Part shown: in pieces, positions 27,101 through 40,764 of the stretch
How the letters are laid out: every line of letters starts with the position of its first letter
How positions within the stretch are numbered: the stretch's first letter is position 1
DNA from: Chrysomallon squamiferum
Taxonomy: Eukaryota; Animalia; Mollusca
Direction: 5' to 3'
NCBI GenBank assembly: GCA_012295275.1
Contig: CM022675.1
Coordinates: 3,968,001 to 4,032,000 of the forward strand
Length of the DNA: 64,000 bases
Program-made: the position numbers and the translations under genes
The notes under the pieces: model-generated
What the model saw: only the letters and a program-made list of their open reading frames with translations
The model's database searches: none
Told to the model about the DNA's origin: nothing

Positions 27101-29954
27101 CAGCAACAACAACAACGAATAAATAAAATAATTATAAATTTCCCGTATACCCACGTAAGGCCTCCCCGGAAGACCGCGGAAACTGGAGTTGATGGTAATT
27201 AATTTCACGTGACTGAAATTTACATATCACGTGATCGTGTACAACGTGATGACTATCAAACAGTAATAGACATCGCTGGGTTCCGAGATGTGCTAACCAG
27301 TCGACTCCGCGTGAACCGAACATCGGACCAGAAGTGAAAAAACCTTTTTCTCTTTCATCAAAGCTGTTTGCCATGCTCAGACCCCTAATAAATATTTATT
27401 ACCCAGCTTACATTGGAAAAGATCAAAGTGTTTTTTTTTTATTTCAAGACCGCCACCTTGGAAATAATCGTTCGAGGGACGGTCGCGGGGGGTTAAGAAA
27501 GAAGGGGGGTACGTTGTCGATTTATCTTGACCAAGTGGCGATTCGATTCGCTTTGAATTTCTCGTCTCAATTTGCGATTTGACGATTTTTCAGTTCACCC
27601 GCTGGTTTCAGCAGAAACTTTGATTTGGTTTGAAAATTGAAATTAGCATTGAAAGTGCGTGTATTCCATGATCAAAATTTCATGTCGTTAGATGACAGGT
27701 TCAAGTTAGGTGTTATTTTTGTTCTATTTCAATTCACGTATTTTTTATTTTTATTTTATTTTATTTTATTATTATTATTATTGGTGTTGTTGTTGTTAAT
27801 ATTATTATCTTAATAATCATCATCATTATCATCATCATCATCATTGTTGTTGTTATTAAACTTTTAAAATTATTATTATTTTTGAAATGAATCATGATTT
27901 AAATGAAATTGACACTTTTCTTGTGAAAAATTATAATGTGCTTTTTCATTATCTGCACCGGAAAATTACTTTTAATTCCTATTTATTACATATCCTCTCT
28001 TTTTTTATTTTATTATCACTTTAATTTTCTGAAGACGTAATTACACAATTTTACACAAAATAAATTTTTCACTGAACGTAAGATACGTTCATAAGTTTAT
28101 ATGTAACAGTTACGTGTGGTATATGGGTAATAACTACATGATAAGTGTGTTATAAGTAGTTTCTTCCATGTCTGTACATAACGGCGGCTTGTACATTTCA
28201 TGTTGTACATTTTTACCACTGCAAAAATGTAATACATTTCTTAAGCGTTGTGACGTAATGCAATTTGCGGGGCAGTGCCGAAATGTCCCGGCTGTAAATT
28301 CTTACATCCATTATTGGCGGTCGTAAAACTATCCACTTTATGTTTTAAACTTTTCTTTATTACTAAATAGAAGCATCGTAAAACGAAAAGAATTAGAAAA
28401 GATTTCCGGCTCTCAATTTGTTCATTACGTCACAGCAGTCATTTGCAAGCAGTAAAGTGATATATTGGTGATTATTCTTTTTAATTCCTTTGTCTGTGTG
28501 TCCTAATATCTGCACGTTTTATTTATTTCGTTGTTGATGATGTTTCTGTTGTTATTGTTTTTAAGTAGGTGTTTAAGTATATCTGTCAGTTTAATTGTTA
28601 CTCTTTGTTCGTTCATTCGTACGTTTATTTATTTATTTATTGTTTTTCTTTATTATATTATTTCTTCCTTGTTGTTATTTTATTTCCTTTCTTTTTATCA
28701 GAAATACAAAGTCCAAGAGAGTCAAATAAAAACGGTCATTTAAAAAGACACATACTCATGTACATACAAATATAATACGCACATGCACACACACATACAT
28801 ACATACATAAACATATACACAAACCCTCACAGCCAAACGCATTTACAAAGCCAAATAATAAAAACAATAATAACAGCAGGAGCAACAACAACAAGAATAA
28901 TAATAACAACAACAACAACAATAAAAACAACAACAATAAAATTAATGATGATAATGGTGATGATTATGATGATGATGATGATGATGATAATAAAAAGGAA
29001 GAACAAGAAGAAGAAGAAGAAGAGAAAGAAGGAAGTGGGACGCGAAGAAACGTTTTTTAATTGTCAGATCAGGAACGACAACTCTGTCACTCATTATCAG
29101 TGATAATTAACACAAGAGAGAGAGAGAGACAGAAATAAAAAGAAAAACTTCAGACTTTGAGATTTACGTGTTTTTCTATCCGGGTTCAATCTCGCACCAG
29201 TCTTTTCTGCAATTATTTCCTCCGCGTCATTTGCGGTCGTTCTTCCGAGCGGATAAAAGACAAACGACTTGAAATAAATTGTACATTAAACTTCGAAGCG
29301 ATTTGGGAAATCTCGACAGTGGCGCGCAGCTCGGCGAATTCCCCTCTGCGACAGAAATAGCACTGAATCAGCGACTCCCGCTTTTCGCTGATTGCTCTTC
29401 ACGTTAAAAGCAATCTAGCGAGGATTACGGGCCTCTTTTCGAAACGTGATAGCCTTATTAGAAATTGAGTCTTTAATAATTTGCTACAACTTCTATTACC
29501 AGGGGTCAGAGATTATTCCTTCGATAACTCTCTAACTCCAACATTAAGGTCGAATAACGGCGATCCGTTTTAAAGCAATGGTACGCCTGGGAAAAGAGCA
29601 CGAAAGAAAAAAAAAAAAAAAATCGATGCGGTTATTGGATGATATTGTCCAAACAACTTTCTCCATTATCTTGAATAATTGGACCAATCAGACGACAGCG
29701 CGAAGGATTTTGTTTCTTTTCAGGTTCGGCAATTGCGATAGATGTTCGTTTTTGTCGTGATTTATATATTTCCGTACAAAACAAAAGAAAAACAAATTAG
29801 AAAATGAAGAAGAAGATGAACAAAAAAAAAAAAAAAAAAAAAAGAAATAAAGGAAAAGAAAAAGACAAAAGGAAAAGCTTAGAAATCCTTCTTTATCACA
29901 ACTGTTTTATTTTCAAAAAAACAAGAAAAAAAGAAAAATGAAAATATTTATCCT

Positions 29955-30029
<75 letters not shown>

Positions 30030-30075
30030 AGTTAAATCTGTTTTGTTTACATAGCTTACATAATTGAAATAATCA

Positions 30076-30149
30076 GGCCTGTTAGCTCAGTTGGTTAGAG
30101 CGTCGTGCTAATAACGCGAATGTCGTGGGTTCGACCCCCACATGGGCCA
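30076..30149 (+). tRNA. tRNA-Ile(AAT)
   Basis: 74-nt cloverleaf GGCCTGTTAGCTCAGTTGGTTAGAGCGTCGTGCT-AAT-AACGCGAATGTCGTGGGTTCGACCCCCACATGGGCCA with A box, B box and a downstream T6 terminator. Confidence 0.95.
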
Positions 30150-31648
30150 AAAATGTTTTTTAACTTTTATTTTCTGCGTGTACATCGTCTACGGCAAATA
30201 GTAACAGGTTAGTATATAAAACCGGCATCAGTCTGCCCGAACCAGTACTCATATCTAAATATTTTAAACTGCAGTTCTGAATTCACGCAGGTGTATTTAC
30301 TTATTAAATTCACAGTGTCAGATACAATTTTATTAGTGTTTAATTTAACAAAAGTTAAAGCTAGGCGTTTCGTGTCACATTCGTTACGTCAGTTTCGTTG
30401 TAAATTAACAGACCTATCGCGACTAACATGTTCAAATTTACGTTACAGGTTACGTCTGTTTTATTCTATATATTGTCTATATTACAGTTTCATCTGATAT
30501 CGCAAAATACAGCTCTGGCTGGGTTCAAAAACATGACATCAGACAGAAAATAAATAGCTCATCCGACTATTTGATGTGTGTGAAATAAAATAAAATAAAA
30601 TCAAAGTACTTGTACATTTAATTTTAATTTTATAAACAACATTGCCCTCTCCTGTCCTGTTCTCGCTTGGAGACCTTTGATGTGGTAGTCGTTGCTACAC
30701 AACGCAGTCGCAAGTGTCGTCGATGATGATTAATAATAAACACACAAAGGTGATACGAGGGAGACGGTGTTGGTGCTGGGTGATAAGACAAAACCTCTTC
30801 AACTGCAGTGACAGCGATCTGACAACGACGTGGCTGACTAATCGCTGACGTCGAGTGTTGTCGACACAACGGCGATGACGTTGCTTACACGTGTTTTCTA
30901 ACGCGGCATTCCTACGACGTCGTTGACAAAAGGATAAACACTGAAGTGGTGCTTGACGTGGTTTTTATCTGTTATTAAAATAAAACTAAAATTTAGATCG
31001 TGATGATATCAGACAGGGTTGTAAATCTGGTCCTGTACTCTCTATGATGATAATAATAATAAACAGTTTTCCTATCTAAAAGAAATTTAGAAATATTTTC
31101 ACGTACGTAATTACTTCCAGCACATTCGAATTGGGTGATATTTGAAAATAACTCTTGAATTATCACTAAAGCAGATATAAAAATTAAAATTTTCCGGAGA
31201 TAATAAAAAAAAGAAGAAAGAAAGAAAAAGAAAAAAAAAGAAGAACTGACTAAGATTAAAATAAACCGAGAATGGAATGTTGATTTAACTATTTCTGAAT
31301 ATGTACGTCAGTGATTAAAATTTAAAACTAAAAACTAAAAAAGAAGCTAATAATTATATATATATTTCTTAAAGAGAGAGAATAAATTATAACCATATAT
31401 ATATTTTCATTCTCTTTCATAAGTATTTTTCGCAAGAAATAAAACATTCCTATTTTCTTAAAATTGTCAATCATGTGATATGTCTATTTTTAAGTTTTCT
31501 ACAGTAAATGTTTTCAAATAGTTTATAAAATCAGGTTCTTGCAGAATCTTCAGACACATTCAACATAAACACTGTGACCAGCACAGATTCCCTGAGCTGT
31601 CAGCCTGTTATCTATAACTTCTGAAATGCTGCAAACACACACTCTCTC

Positions 31649-31741
<93 letters not shown>

Positions 31742-32030
31742 GTCTCTGTATCTCCCTCTCTATCTCCCTCCTTCTCTCTGTCTTTCTCTCTGTCTCTCTC
31801 TCTCTCCCTTTGTTTGTCTGTCTGTTTCTCTTTTTTCTCTGTTACTCTGTCTCCCTCCAGCCCTCCTTCTCTCTATCTCTCTGTGATTCTCTCTCTTTCG
31901 CTCTCTCTCTCTACACGCACGCGCGCACACACACACATACGTACTCAAGCATAGAGCTTTTTCTTTCAATTTTGAAACGATTTCTTTGTATGAGTTTATA
32001 TGTATGTATGTATATATATATATATATATA

Positions 32031-32124
<94 letters not shown>

Positions 32125-32164
32125 TATATAAAATCACATTCACATATAAACGATGATTACTTCC

Positions 32165-32195
<31 letters not shown>

Positions 32196-32812
32196 TATAA
32201 AAGATAAAACAAACAACATTTCGCTGTCTCTAACGCGCTGTTATCTCCGCCAGTTAAACAAAATCATTACCTGAGAGGCGCGTGACGTCGAACGGCTTGT
32301 TTTCCTCCGCCAGGTGATAAAACATGTCCTCGTTACAGTCAGGTGTCTCTTTGATCTCGCCGCCTCGTACAGAAATGTTGACATGTTTTGCCGAATTCTT
32401 CTACGTGTGTTTATTTCAGTGGTGTAAAGTGTACACGCTGGAGGAATCATATCTCTGTGTTTCTCGCCAGTTCACACGTTAATTAAACCTCGGTAGATAA
32501 AAGTCGTATTAAACTCTTTATTACTTTTTTATAAAAAATGTTTCTGTTCTTGTAAGGGAGATAATTAGATGACTGTTGTGGAATACATGAAGAAAAATGT
32601 CTCTTAAAATGAAAAAAAATTAATAATATTAATAATAATTTCAAAAAACAAAAAAATAATAATAATAAAATAAAATAAATAAAATAATAATAATAATATT
32701 TACAACAATTATAATATTCAATATTACTAATAGTATTACTACTACAACAGATACTGATATTATTATTATTGTTACTCTTATTGTTGTTATTATTATTAAT
32801 TAATTAATTAAT

Positions 32813-32880
<68 letters not shown>

Positions 32881-33058
32881 TATTATTATTATTATTATTA
32901 TTATGCTTTCGTTAATTCTCAATCGAGTTTAAGGCAGAAGCCAGGTTGAAAGATGAAATCACATCAGAGCAGTCACGTGACAGTTATTATTAGAAAGTCC
33001 TTAAAATCATAGTCAATCTTTCTTCGCATAATTATATTCTGTAGCAGGAGCAGAAATT

Positions 33059-33098
<40 letters not shown>

Positions 33099-33370
33099 TA
33101 GTAGTAGTAGATAATTTTAGAAGAAATAAATACACTTTTATTTATTTATTTTATTATCTTTCTGTGAAAATATGTTGTATTTATATTAATATCTGTAAAT
33201 AATCTAAATTTCATTTAACAAGAACATTATAAGTAAGTGCAGATTTTTGTAATAATAATAATAATCTCGTAATAATAATAAATCGTGAATTTATTTAAAT
33301 TTCACTCTAAAATATGGAAACAAACCTATTTATTAACATAAAATAAATATCAAACATTTGAAAACAAATT

Positions 33371-33503
33371 AAACACACTAAAATATTATATATTTAAAAT
33401 TTCAAACACATAAAAAATTATATATTTAAAGTTTTAAACACACAAAAATATTATATATTTAAAGTTTTAAAAACACACAAATTATATTTAAAGTTTTCAA
33501 ACA
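33371..33503. repeat. Degenerate ~33-bp minisatellite x4
   Basis: AAACACA..AAA.ATTATATATTTAAA.TTT repeated four times. Confidence 0.75.
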
Positions 33504-33571
33504 GAAGTAAATGAAACCACTGAGTTTAAAAGTAAGCAGGTATAAAATTGTTCTATTTTATTTTATTAATT

Positions 33572-33625
<54 letters not shown>

Positions 33626-34222
33626 TCATTTATTTATATACTTATTTATTTAATCATTTATATATTTATTTAATTTATTTATTTATTTAATCATTTATTT
33701 ATATACTTATTTATTTAATCATTTATTTATTTATTTTCTATTTATTTATTTAATCATTTATTTATATACTTATTTATTTAATCATTTATATATTTATTTT
33801 ATTTATTTATTTATTTATTTGTTTATTTATTTACATACGTATTTATTATTTTGAAAGTAATTACTTTCCATGAAGAGATGGTATTAATTAAATTAGCAAG
33901 ATCATGAATAATATTATATAAAAATAAAAATACATCTGAATATAAAACGACATTATTTATTAATATAAAATTTAAATTGTGTCCAGTATCTTCACTTTAC
34001 TAAAATTTCATTTTTATTTGAACGAAGATGGAAATAAACTTTTTGATAATCAGATTTTTATCTGTTTGTAAATATTAAAACATTAAAATATTTATTAATT
34101 TAGTTAATATTTGTATTTATTGATTTGTTTATTTATTCATTCATTCATTCATTCATTCATTTATCATTTATTATTAGTAGTATTATTGTTATTATTATTA
34201 TTATTATTGCTATTATTATTAT

Positions 34223-34269
<47 letters not shown>

Positions 34270-34369
34270 ATAGTAGTAGTAGTAGTAGTAATATTATTGT
34301 AATTGTAATAATGTAAGTTATGATAATAATGTAAATATTTGTGATAATATAAAAATGGATATAAACCTA

Positions 34370-34479
<110 letters not shown>

Positions 34480-36524
34480 TTACGCATATAATGTTTTTAG
34501 AAGAAAAAATAAATACCGAAATAACTGCGATATTAATGATTATCATACATGTATAAACCCATAATGTATATATGTATGTGCTTATCTACGTATCACAGTC
34601 TACTTTAATAAATTAATTAGCAGCAATACATCTCTAACACGCACGTTTCCATATACACAGTTAAACATTTATCATGGTTTCTTGATAAACCAGTCTGGAG
34701 CAGTGGTTGGATCGGGAAAAGAGTCTTAACGGGAGGAATCCAGTATTGAACCTGAGTTCCATTACGCCCCGGACAGTGCCTGAGTGAAAGATTTAAAGTT
34801 TCGCTGTACCCGGTTCGCCAAGGGGATTTAACAAACGTCTGCTAGGAAACAGCGCCGGTTGTGTTAATAATATAAATATTTGATCTGTTGTCCGACTCGA
34901 CATAAGCACAGCTCAGTGAGAGAGTGAACTGAGCGACCTGCAGATGAAATAGATCAGAGTCGAGTTTAACCAGCCAAATTACCAAACAATCAGAAAGACG
35001 TGATAGTCTTTTGTGTTAAACCAATAACCACAGACACGTGATAGGCCAGGAGCCAATCCAGAGGTGAGATCACTGGTTGTGGGGGGGGGGCGTGGGGTGG
35101 AATGCGCGGGTGTGGGTGTGGGTGCTTGGTAATTTTTTTGTTCTCTGTGATGAAGACAATAACAAAATATAAAATAAGATAGAGAAAAATAAAGTGAAAA
35201 TGAAAATGAAACGAAATAAAATAAAATTAATCGATTCAAATCACACACACACATATAGCGCTTTTGTTTGTGACTTTGAAATAATCACTTTGTACGTATG
35301 TATGTGCTTGTGTGCGTGTGTGACCGTACGTTTGTATACCTAGAACGCATTAACGTTTGCAGCTATGTAAGTATTATACGAATGAATGCAACGCATAATT
35401 ACTTATAAATACAACAAAATACTCAACAGATCTACGTTTTACTTTCAACTGACGTTTTTACATAGCCCGTTACTGCCCCACCCTCTTGAAGAATGCCACA
35501 GACCCGACCCTGGGTTTGCACATTTTCACATTAAAGCCTATGAACTGAAATCTTACAGACAATCAAAGGATTCCCTGTAATCGCTGGCCGCGTTTGATTG
35601 CCAAGTTACTTCCCTCGAATCAAACTCTCCTCAAGGGGGCGCTCGACGCCGTTTTGCAGGTCACTCATTTGTAAGTAGTAATCAAACTGGGAGAAGAATC
35701 GTAATTTTCCCAGAGTCACCGAGTGCAGTTCATTTAGTTAAAGAATTTGGTGAAGAAAAAAAAAAAAAAAAAAAAAAAAAAGATAATAAAAAATTATGAA
35801 TAGACAAACAAAAGACAAACATAAGTTTCGTAGTCGTAAAGCGTTAAACGGAGCAGACGGAAGAAGTGAACACCACAATGCGTTGTGAAGACCCGCAATA
35901 AACCGAAATTCACCGCTTGTCTGAAATGAATGGTAAGTGAATAATAAAGGAAAACACAGAGAGAGATAAAGAGGACTCAGGAATGTCCACTAATAGCCTC
36001 GTTTTGAAAACGAGGCTGCGTTAATTTTAGTGCCCGCATTTGATTAGTTTCTGATGAGACATCGTGAGAAAAATAAAATTAATTAATATAAAATTTTACT
36101 GAATCGTTTTTTATATATATATATATATATACACACATATTTCTTTTACACATAAAAGATAAACATTCTACCTCTGTCACAGAGACATATAATATTTTAT
36201 ATGCAAACATATATATCCATCCATCCATCCATTCTCTATATATATGTGTGTGTGTGTGTATGTGTGTATGAGTGTGTATGCCAATATATAGTAAACTTAT
36301 TGCAGAAAGGCAGCGAGAGATATAGACAGAACAAAAAAAATGTAAAAAAAAAAAAAAAAATAATAGTAATATTAGGAAGAGTCGAAGATATTAAAGTTAA
36401 CATTCAGTTAAATTCAGTTTAGTGAAATAAAATAGAAAAGTAGAGTATACATTGTTTTTACCTATTAGTATTAATTTATTATCACATTTCCAAGTTATTT
36501 CAAATAAAAATAGTAATAATAATC

Positions 36525-36589
<65 letters not shown>

Positions 36590-36632
36590 TAAAATTATAA
36601 TTATAATAATAATCATGATGATGATGATGATC

Positions 36633-36686
<54 letters not shown>

Positions 36687-36921
36687 TAGTAGTGATGCTA
36701 ACAATAACAGACGAACACGCACACACACGTGTGACATGTAATAACAAATACAAAGCGAATATTCGCACTGTGAACACTGTTCACTGGATTTTACGTTTAT
36801 TTATATGACAGGTCGACGAAAACAATAAACAATGAAATAATAAAATAAAGGGAATGAAAGAAAGTGAAAAATAATAAAACATATATATACAGATAGATAG
36901 ATAGATATATTAGATAGAAAT

Positions 36922-36982
<61 letters not shown>

Positions 36983-37087
36983 TGATGCAATTAAAAAATA
37001 TAAATAAATAAAGAAAAAGAAAAAGATAAGAAAAAGCATTAAAAACAATATCAAAATAATAGTAATAATAATATTATTAATAATAAT

Positions 37088-37142
<55 letters not shown>

Positions 37143-37325
37143 TAATAATAATATTAATAGTAATAATAATAATAATAATATAAATAAAATAAATAAATAA
37201 ACGAACATATAAATAAATGAATATATAAAAAAAGGAAAATAAATGAAGAATGTATGTTTTATTAATTATTCTGTTACTTAATAATTGTTCAGTCGATCAA
37301 ACAAAAATATAAATAAATAAATAGA

Positions 37326-37364
<39 letters not shown>

Positions 37365-37477
37365 ATATGTAAGTAAAAAATTTAAATACAATAATATAAA
37401 ATAAAATAAAGAAAAAATTGAAAAAGTATTTCTCCCTCTTTCTGTATATGTGTATGTATGCATGTGTGTGTGTGTGT

Positions 37478-37570
<93 letters not shown>

Positions 37571-38597
37571 ATGTGTGTGTGTATGTGTGTGTGTGGATGT
37601 GTATGCGTGTGTGGGTGTGGAAAGAAGGAAATAATGAAAAAAGAATAAATTAAATATGAACTAAATGGAACTGTATGAAGTTCAATGAATCGACCAAAGC
37701 TGACAGAAATAATGATTTCTTCAAAAAGGTTTGTAAATAGTGGGTGGTCGTTGTCATAAAGTTTCGATTCGGATTATACAGGTTATTGTTAGAACGAGAA
37801 AACAGCTCCATGACTAACATGTTATATGTTCCTTCTTTAAAGTCACCATCAATGTAAACATCAAAAGATAACTCACTTTATGATAATCAAACTTTTACGT
37901 TCTACGTTTTAGTGTTAACATTTTATTTTAATGGTCATTCATCTTTTTTCTCTTCGTTTTCGTCTGTTTTTTCTTCATCCTCACAAATTTATGGTCTCAA
38001 AAGGGACGTAAATTGCACAAGCCATGCGCCAGATCGTAAAACATATCCTCCATGTTTTCAATTTCTTTTTTCTGCCTCTGAATAACAAGAAGAAAAAAAA
38101 AGGTATGATACTAACGTTGTCAGAAGGTGATCGCCAGGTAGATTTTCTTTGATCTCACCGCACAGGTAAATGCTCTTCAGGTATGTATCAGTTCTCGACA
38201 GCAGGCATAAAAGACTGCGTTTTGAAAATTTGGCTCATTTTAATAAATTAATCGATATGAAAAGAAATTTATTATTTTTTTATTTCGTGAACTGTTTATT
38301 TAGATTTTTTTTTTTTCTTTTTTTTCTTTCTTGAAGGAAAATAATAATAATAATAAAACTTGTACTTTGAATTTTTTGAATAAGGAGTGAACACAGATGA
38401 TGCGGAGTCAATAACTGTTGTAGTCGTGGTAGAGGTAGTGATAGTAGTACTGTAACATGTATTGTACTAGAATTAGTCGTACCTACTAATTGTAGCAATA
38501 GTAGTAGTAGCGGTAGTAACTATAGTAGTAGTGGTTGAACAGTAGTTTAATAGTAATGAAGTACATCGAAGTAGTAGCATTATTATTATTATTATTA

Positions 38598-38644
<47 letters not shown>

Positions 38645-38903
38645 TAAATAGTAGTAGAAGTAGTAGAAATAGTAGTAATAGTAATAGTAATAGTCACTGT
38701 AGCAATTGTAAAATAATCACTATACTCACTATCGCATGTTTTATATACGTAGTTGAAGATTTACAAAAAGACGATGAAGATGACGATAGACAACAACAAC
38801 GACAACCACGGCAATATGATACAGCATTCTGAAATGATATTTTCTTCTTGGCCATAATAATTATAATCAGATTTAAGACTGCTGTTATTTCAAATGCAGA
38901 CAA

Positions 38904-38977
38904 GGCCTGTTAGCTCAGTTGGTTAGAGTGTCGTGCTAATAACGCGAATGTCGTGGGTTCGATCCCCACATAGGCCA
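38904..38977 (+). tRNA. tRNA-Ile(AAT), variant with G-U in the D stem
   Basis: Full 74-nt copy with AGAGTGTCG and CATAGGCCA variants, followed by T5. Confidence 0.9.
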
Positions 38978-39095
38978 ATTATTATTTTCATTACGTGTCA
39001 TTTTTGTATTGTTTACATTTTCCCATTTATTATTAGTAGCAGTAGTAGTAGTAGGAGTAGTTGTTCTTGTTGATGTTGTAATATCATAACCATTG

Positions 39096-39127
<32 letters not shown>

Positions 39128-39177
39128 TTATAATAATAATAATAATAATAATAATAAATCAATGGTTATTATTATTA

Positions 39178-39281
<104 letters not shown>

Positions 39282-40078
39282 GCTGTTCTTGTTGTGAATC
39301 AATACTAAATATAATTTTTGTGAAATTAATAAGTGAAATGATATCAAGAAAAATGTCAGAAACGGATTTAGGGGGTGCTTGTTACCAGCTTCACGTCCTC
39401 ACCTACACAGGGGATATTAAAAGCGCAATCCTCTATTAACATTATTATTAAATTTTGACGTTTTTGTTAAAAAACAATTGCAAGATTCGCCCTTGTTTAA
39501 TAAGAATAATTTTTATTAATGAGTTAGAGAAAATACTTTCTTGGTTTTGATTATTTGAAGTAACAGAAAATTAACTATGCAGACGATGCAGTAACAAATC
39601 TATTATAATTATTGTTCCTTGTACATAGCAATAGCAATACGTTGAATGACTTGTAAAGAAAAAAATGTTTTATCTCAGAGCAAACATTTGTCTCTTTCTT
39701 CCTTTTTCTGCAAACTAATTCATCACAAACACAATATTTCATAATTTCGATATTTTATTTATCTCACTATCTTCTCGCCCTAATCGTTTTTCTTAGTGGA
39801 TCAAGGTAGATAACTCATGGAAACAACTCTATTATTAGGTAAGAGTAATTACCCTTCATTCGGTACATTTTGTAGACACGTTGTTAACAGTTACTGACAT
39901 TTATACAGGCAGAAACGATCTTTCCGGGTTATATTATTAAACTTAGTGAGCTTTCAAGAGAACATTTCATTATAATTATTTGATTATATCGCTGCATGAT
40001 TATTTCAATTTATTTCGCTAGCAGTGGTTAAATATGGCAAGTATAACACACCTTATTTCGAATCTGCAACTGTCGTCC

Positions 40079-40107
40079 GGCCTGTTAGCTCAGTTGGTTA
40101 GAGCGTC
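40079..40107 (+). pseudogene. 5' part (nt 1-29) of a tRNA-Ile(AAT) gene interrupted by retrotransposon copy 1
   Basis: GGCCTGTTAGCTCAGTTGGTTAGAGCGTC, followed abruptly by retroelement ORF1 sequence. Confidence 0.95.
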
Positions 40108-40752
40108 TTACGAAGGAATAAAATATTTTCGAGTTTTACATAACAATCAAATAAAAGTCTGTTACAACTGTATGGCGGATAATCATTTGTTGAAAGACTG
40201 TCCAAATATAAGGTGTCATAACTGTAAACAAAAAGGACATTTTGCTAGAAACTGCCCGAACATATTTCTGTGTGAAAAGTGTGGAAACAAAGAGGATGAA
40301 TGTGAGTGTTGGACAGAGTATGACAGCGACGAACAAAAAAAAACAGCGACAGTGACAGTGATGATATGGAGTATACTACAGATAATGTAAAATCAAAGGA
40401 GAAAAAAGAAAGTGACGCAGAAAGTATCCAGAGGATAAATACAACAGAAATGAAAATCAAAAAGGAAAAACAAAAATCGGAAAGTGGAGAAAAACCAGAA
40501 AAATCCCCTGATAAAAACACCAAAGTGAAAATTACTAACAAGGAAGCTGAAACCATCGAAGCAGAAAATAGTAAGCAGAGTAAAACAAAGCGTCGAACGA
40601 GATTGATCAAGCGTCCATCAGAAGAAAAACTGTGGAGCTTGGTAGAAAATAGAAAACAAAAACAGAGACAAGCAGCGCGCATGAAAAGTGTGAGAGAAAG
40701 TGTTGACAGGGCGATGAACGAGTATGGTGGGGGGAATATAGACAAGATATAG
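40108..40752 (+). pseudogene. Retrotransposon ORF1 (gag-like zinc knuckle protein), 5'-truncated and frameshifted
   Basis: EGIKYFRVLHNNQIKVCYNCMADNHLLKDC and CHNCKQKGHFARNC (two CX2CX4HX4C), then a Lys/Glu-rich tail. There is a +2 A slip near 40340 relative to copy 2. Confidence 0.9.
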
Positions 40753-40764
40753 AATATTTTAAAA

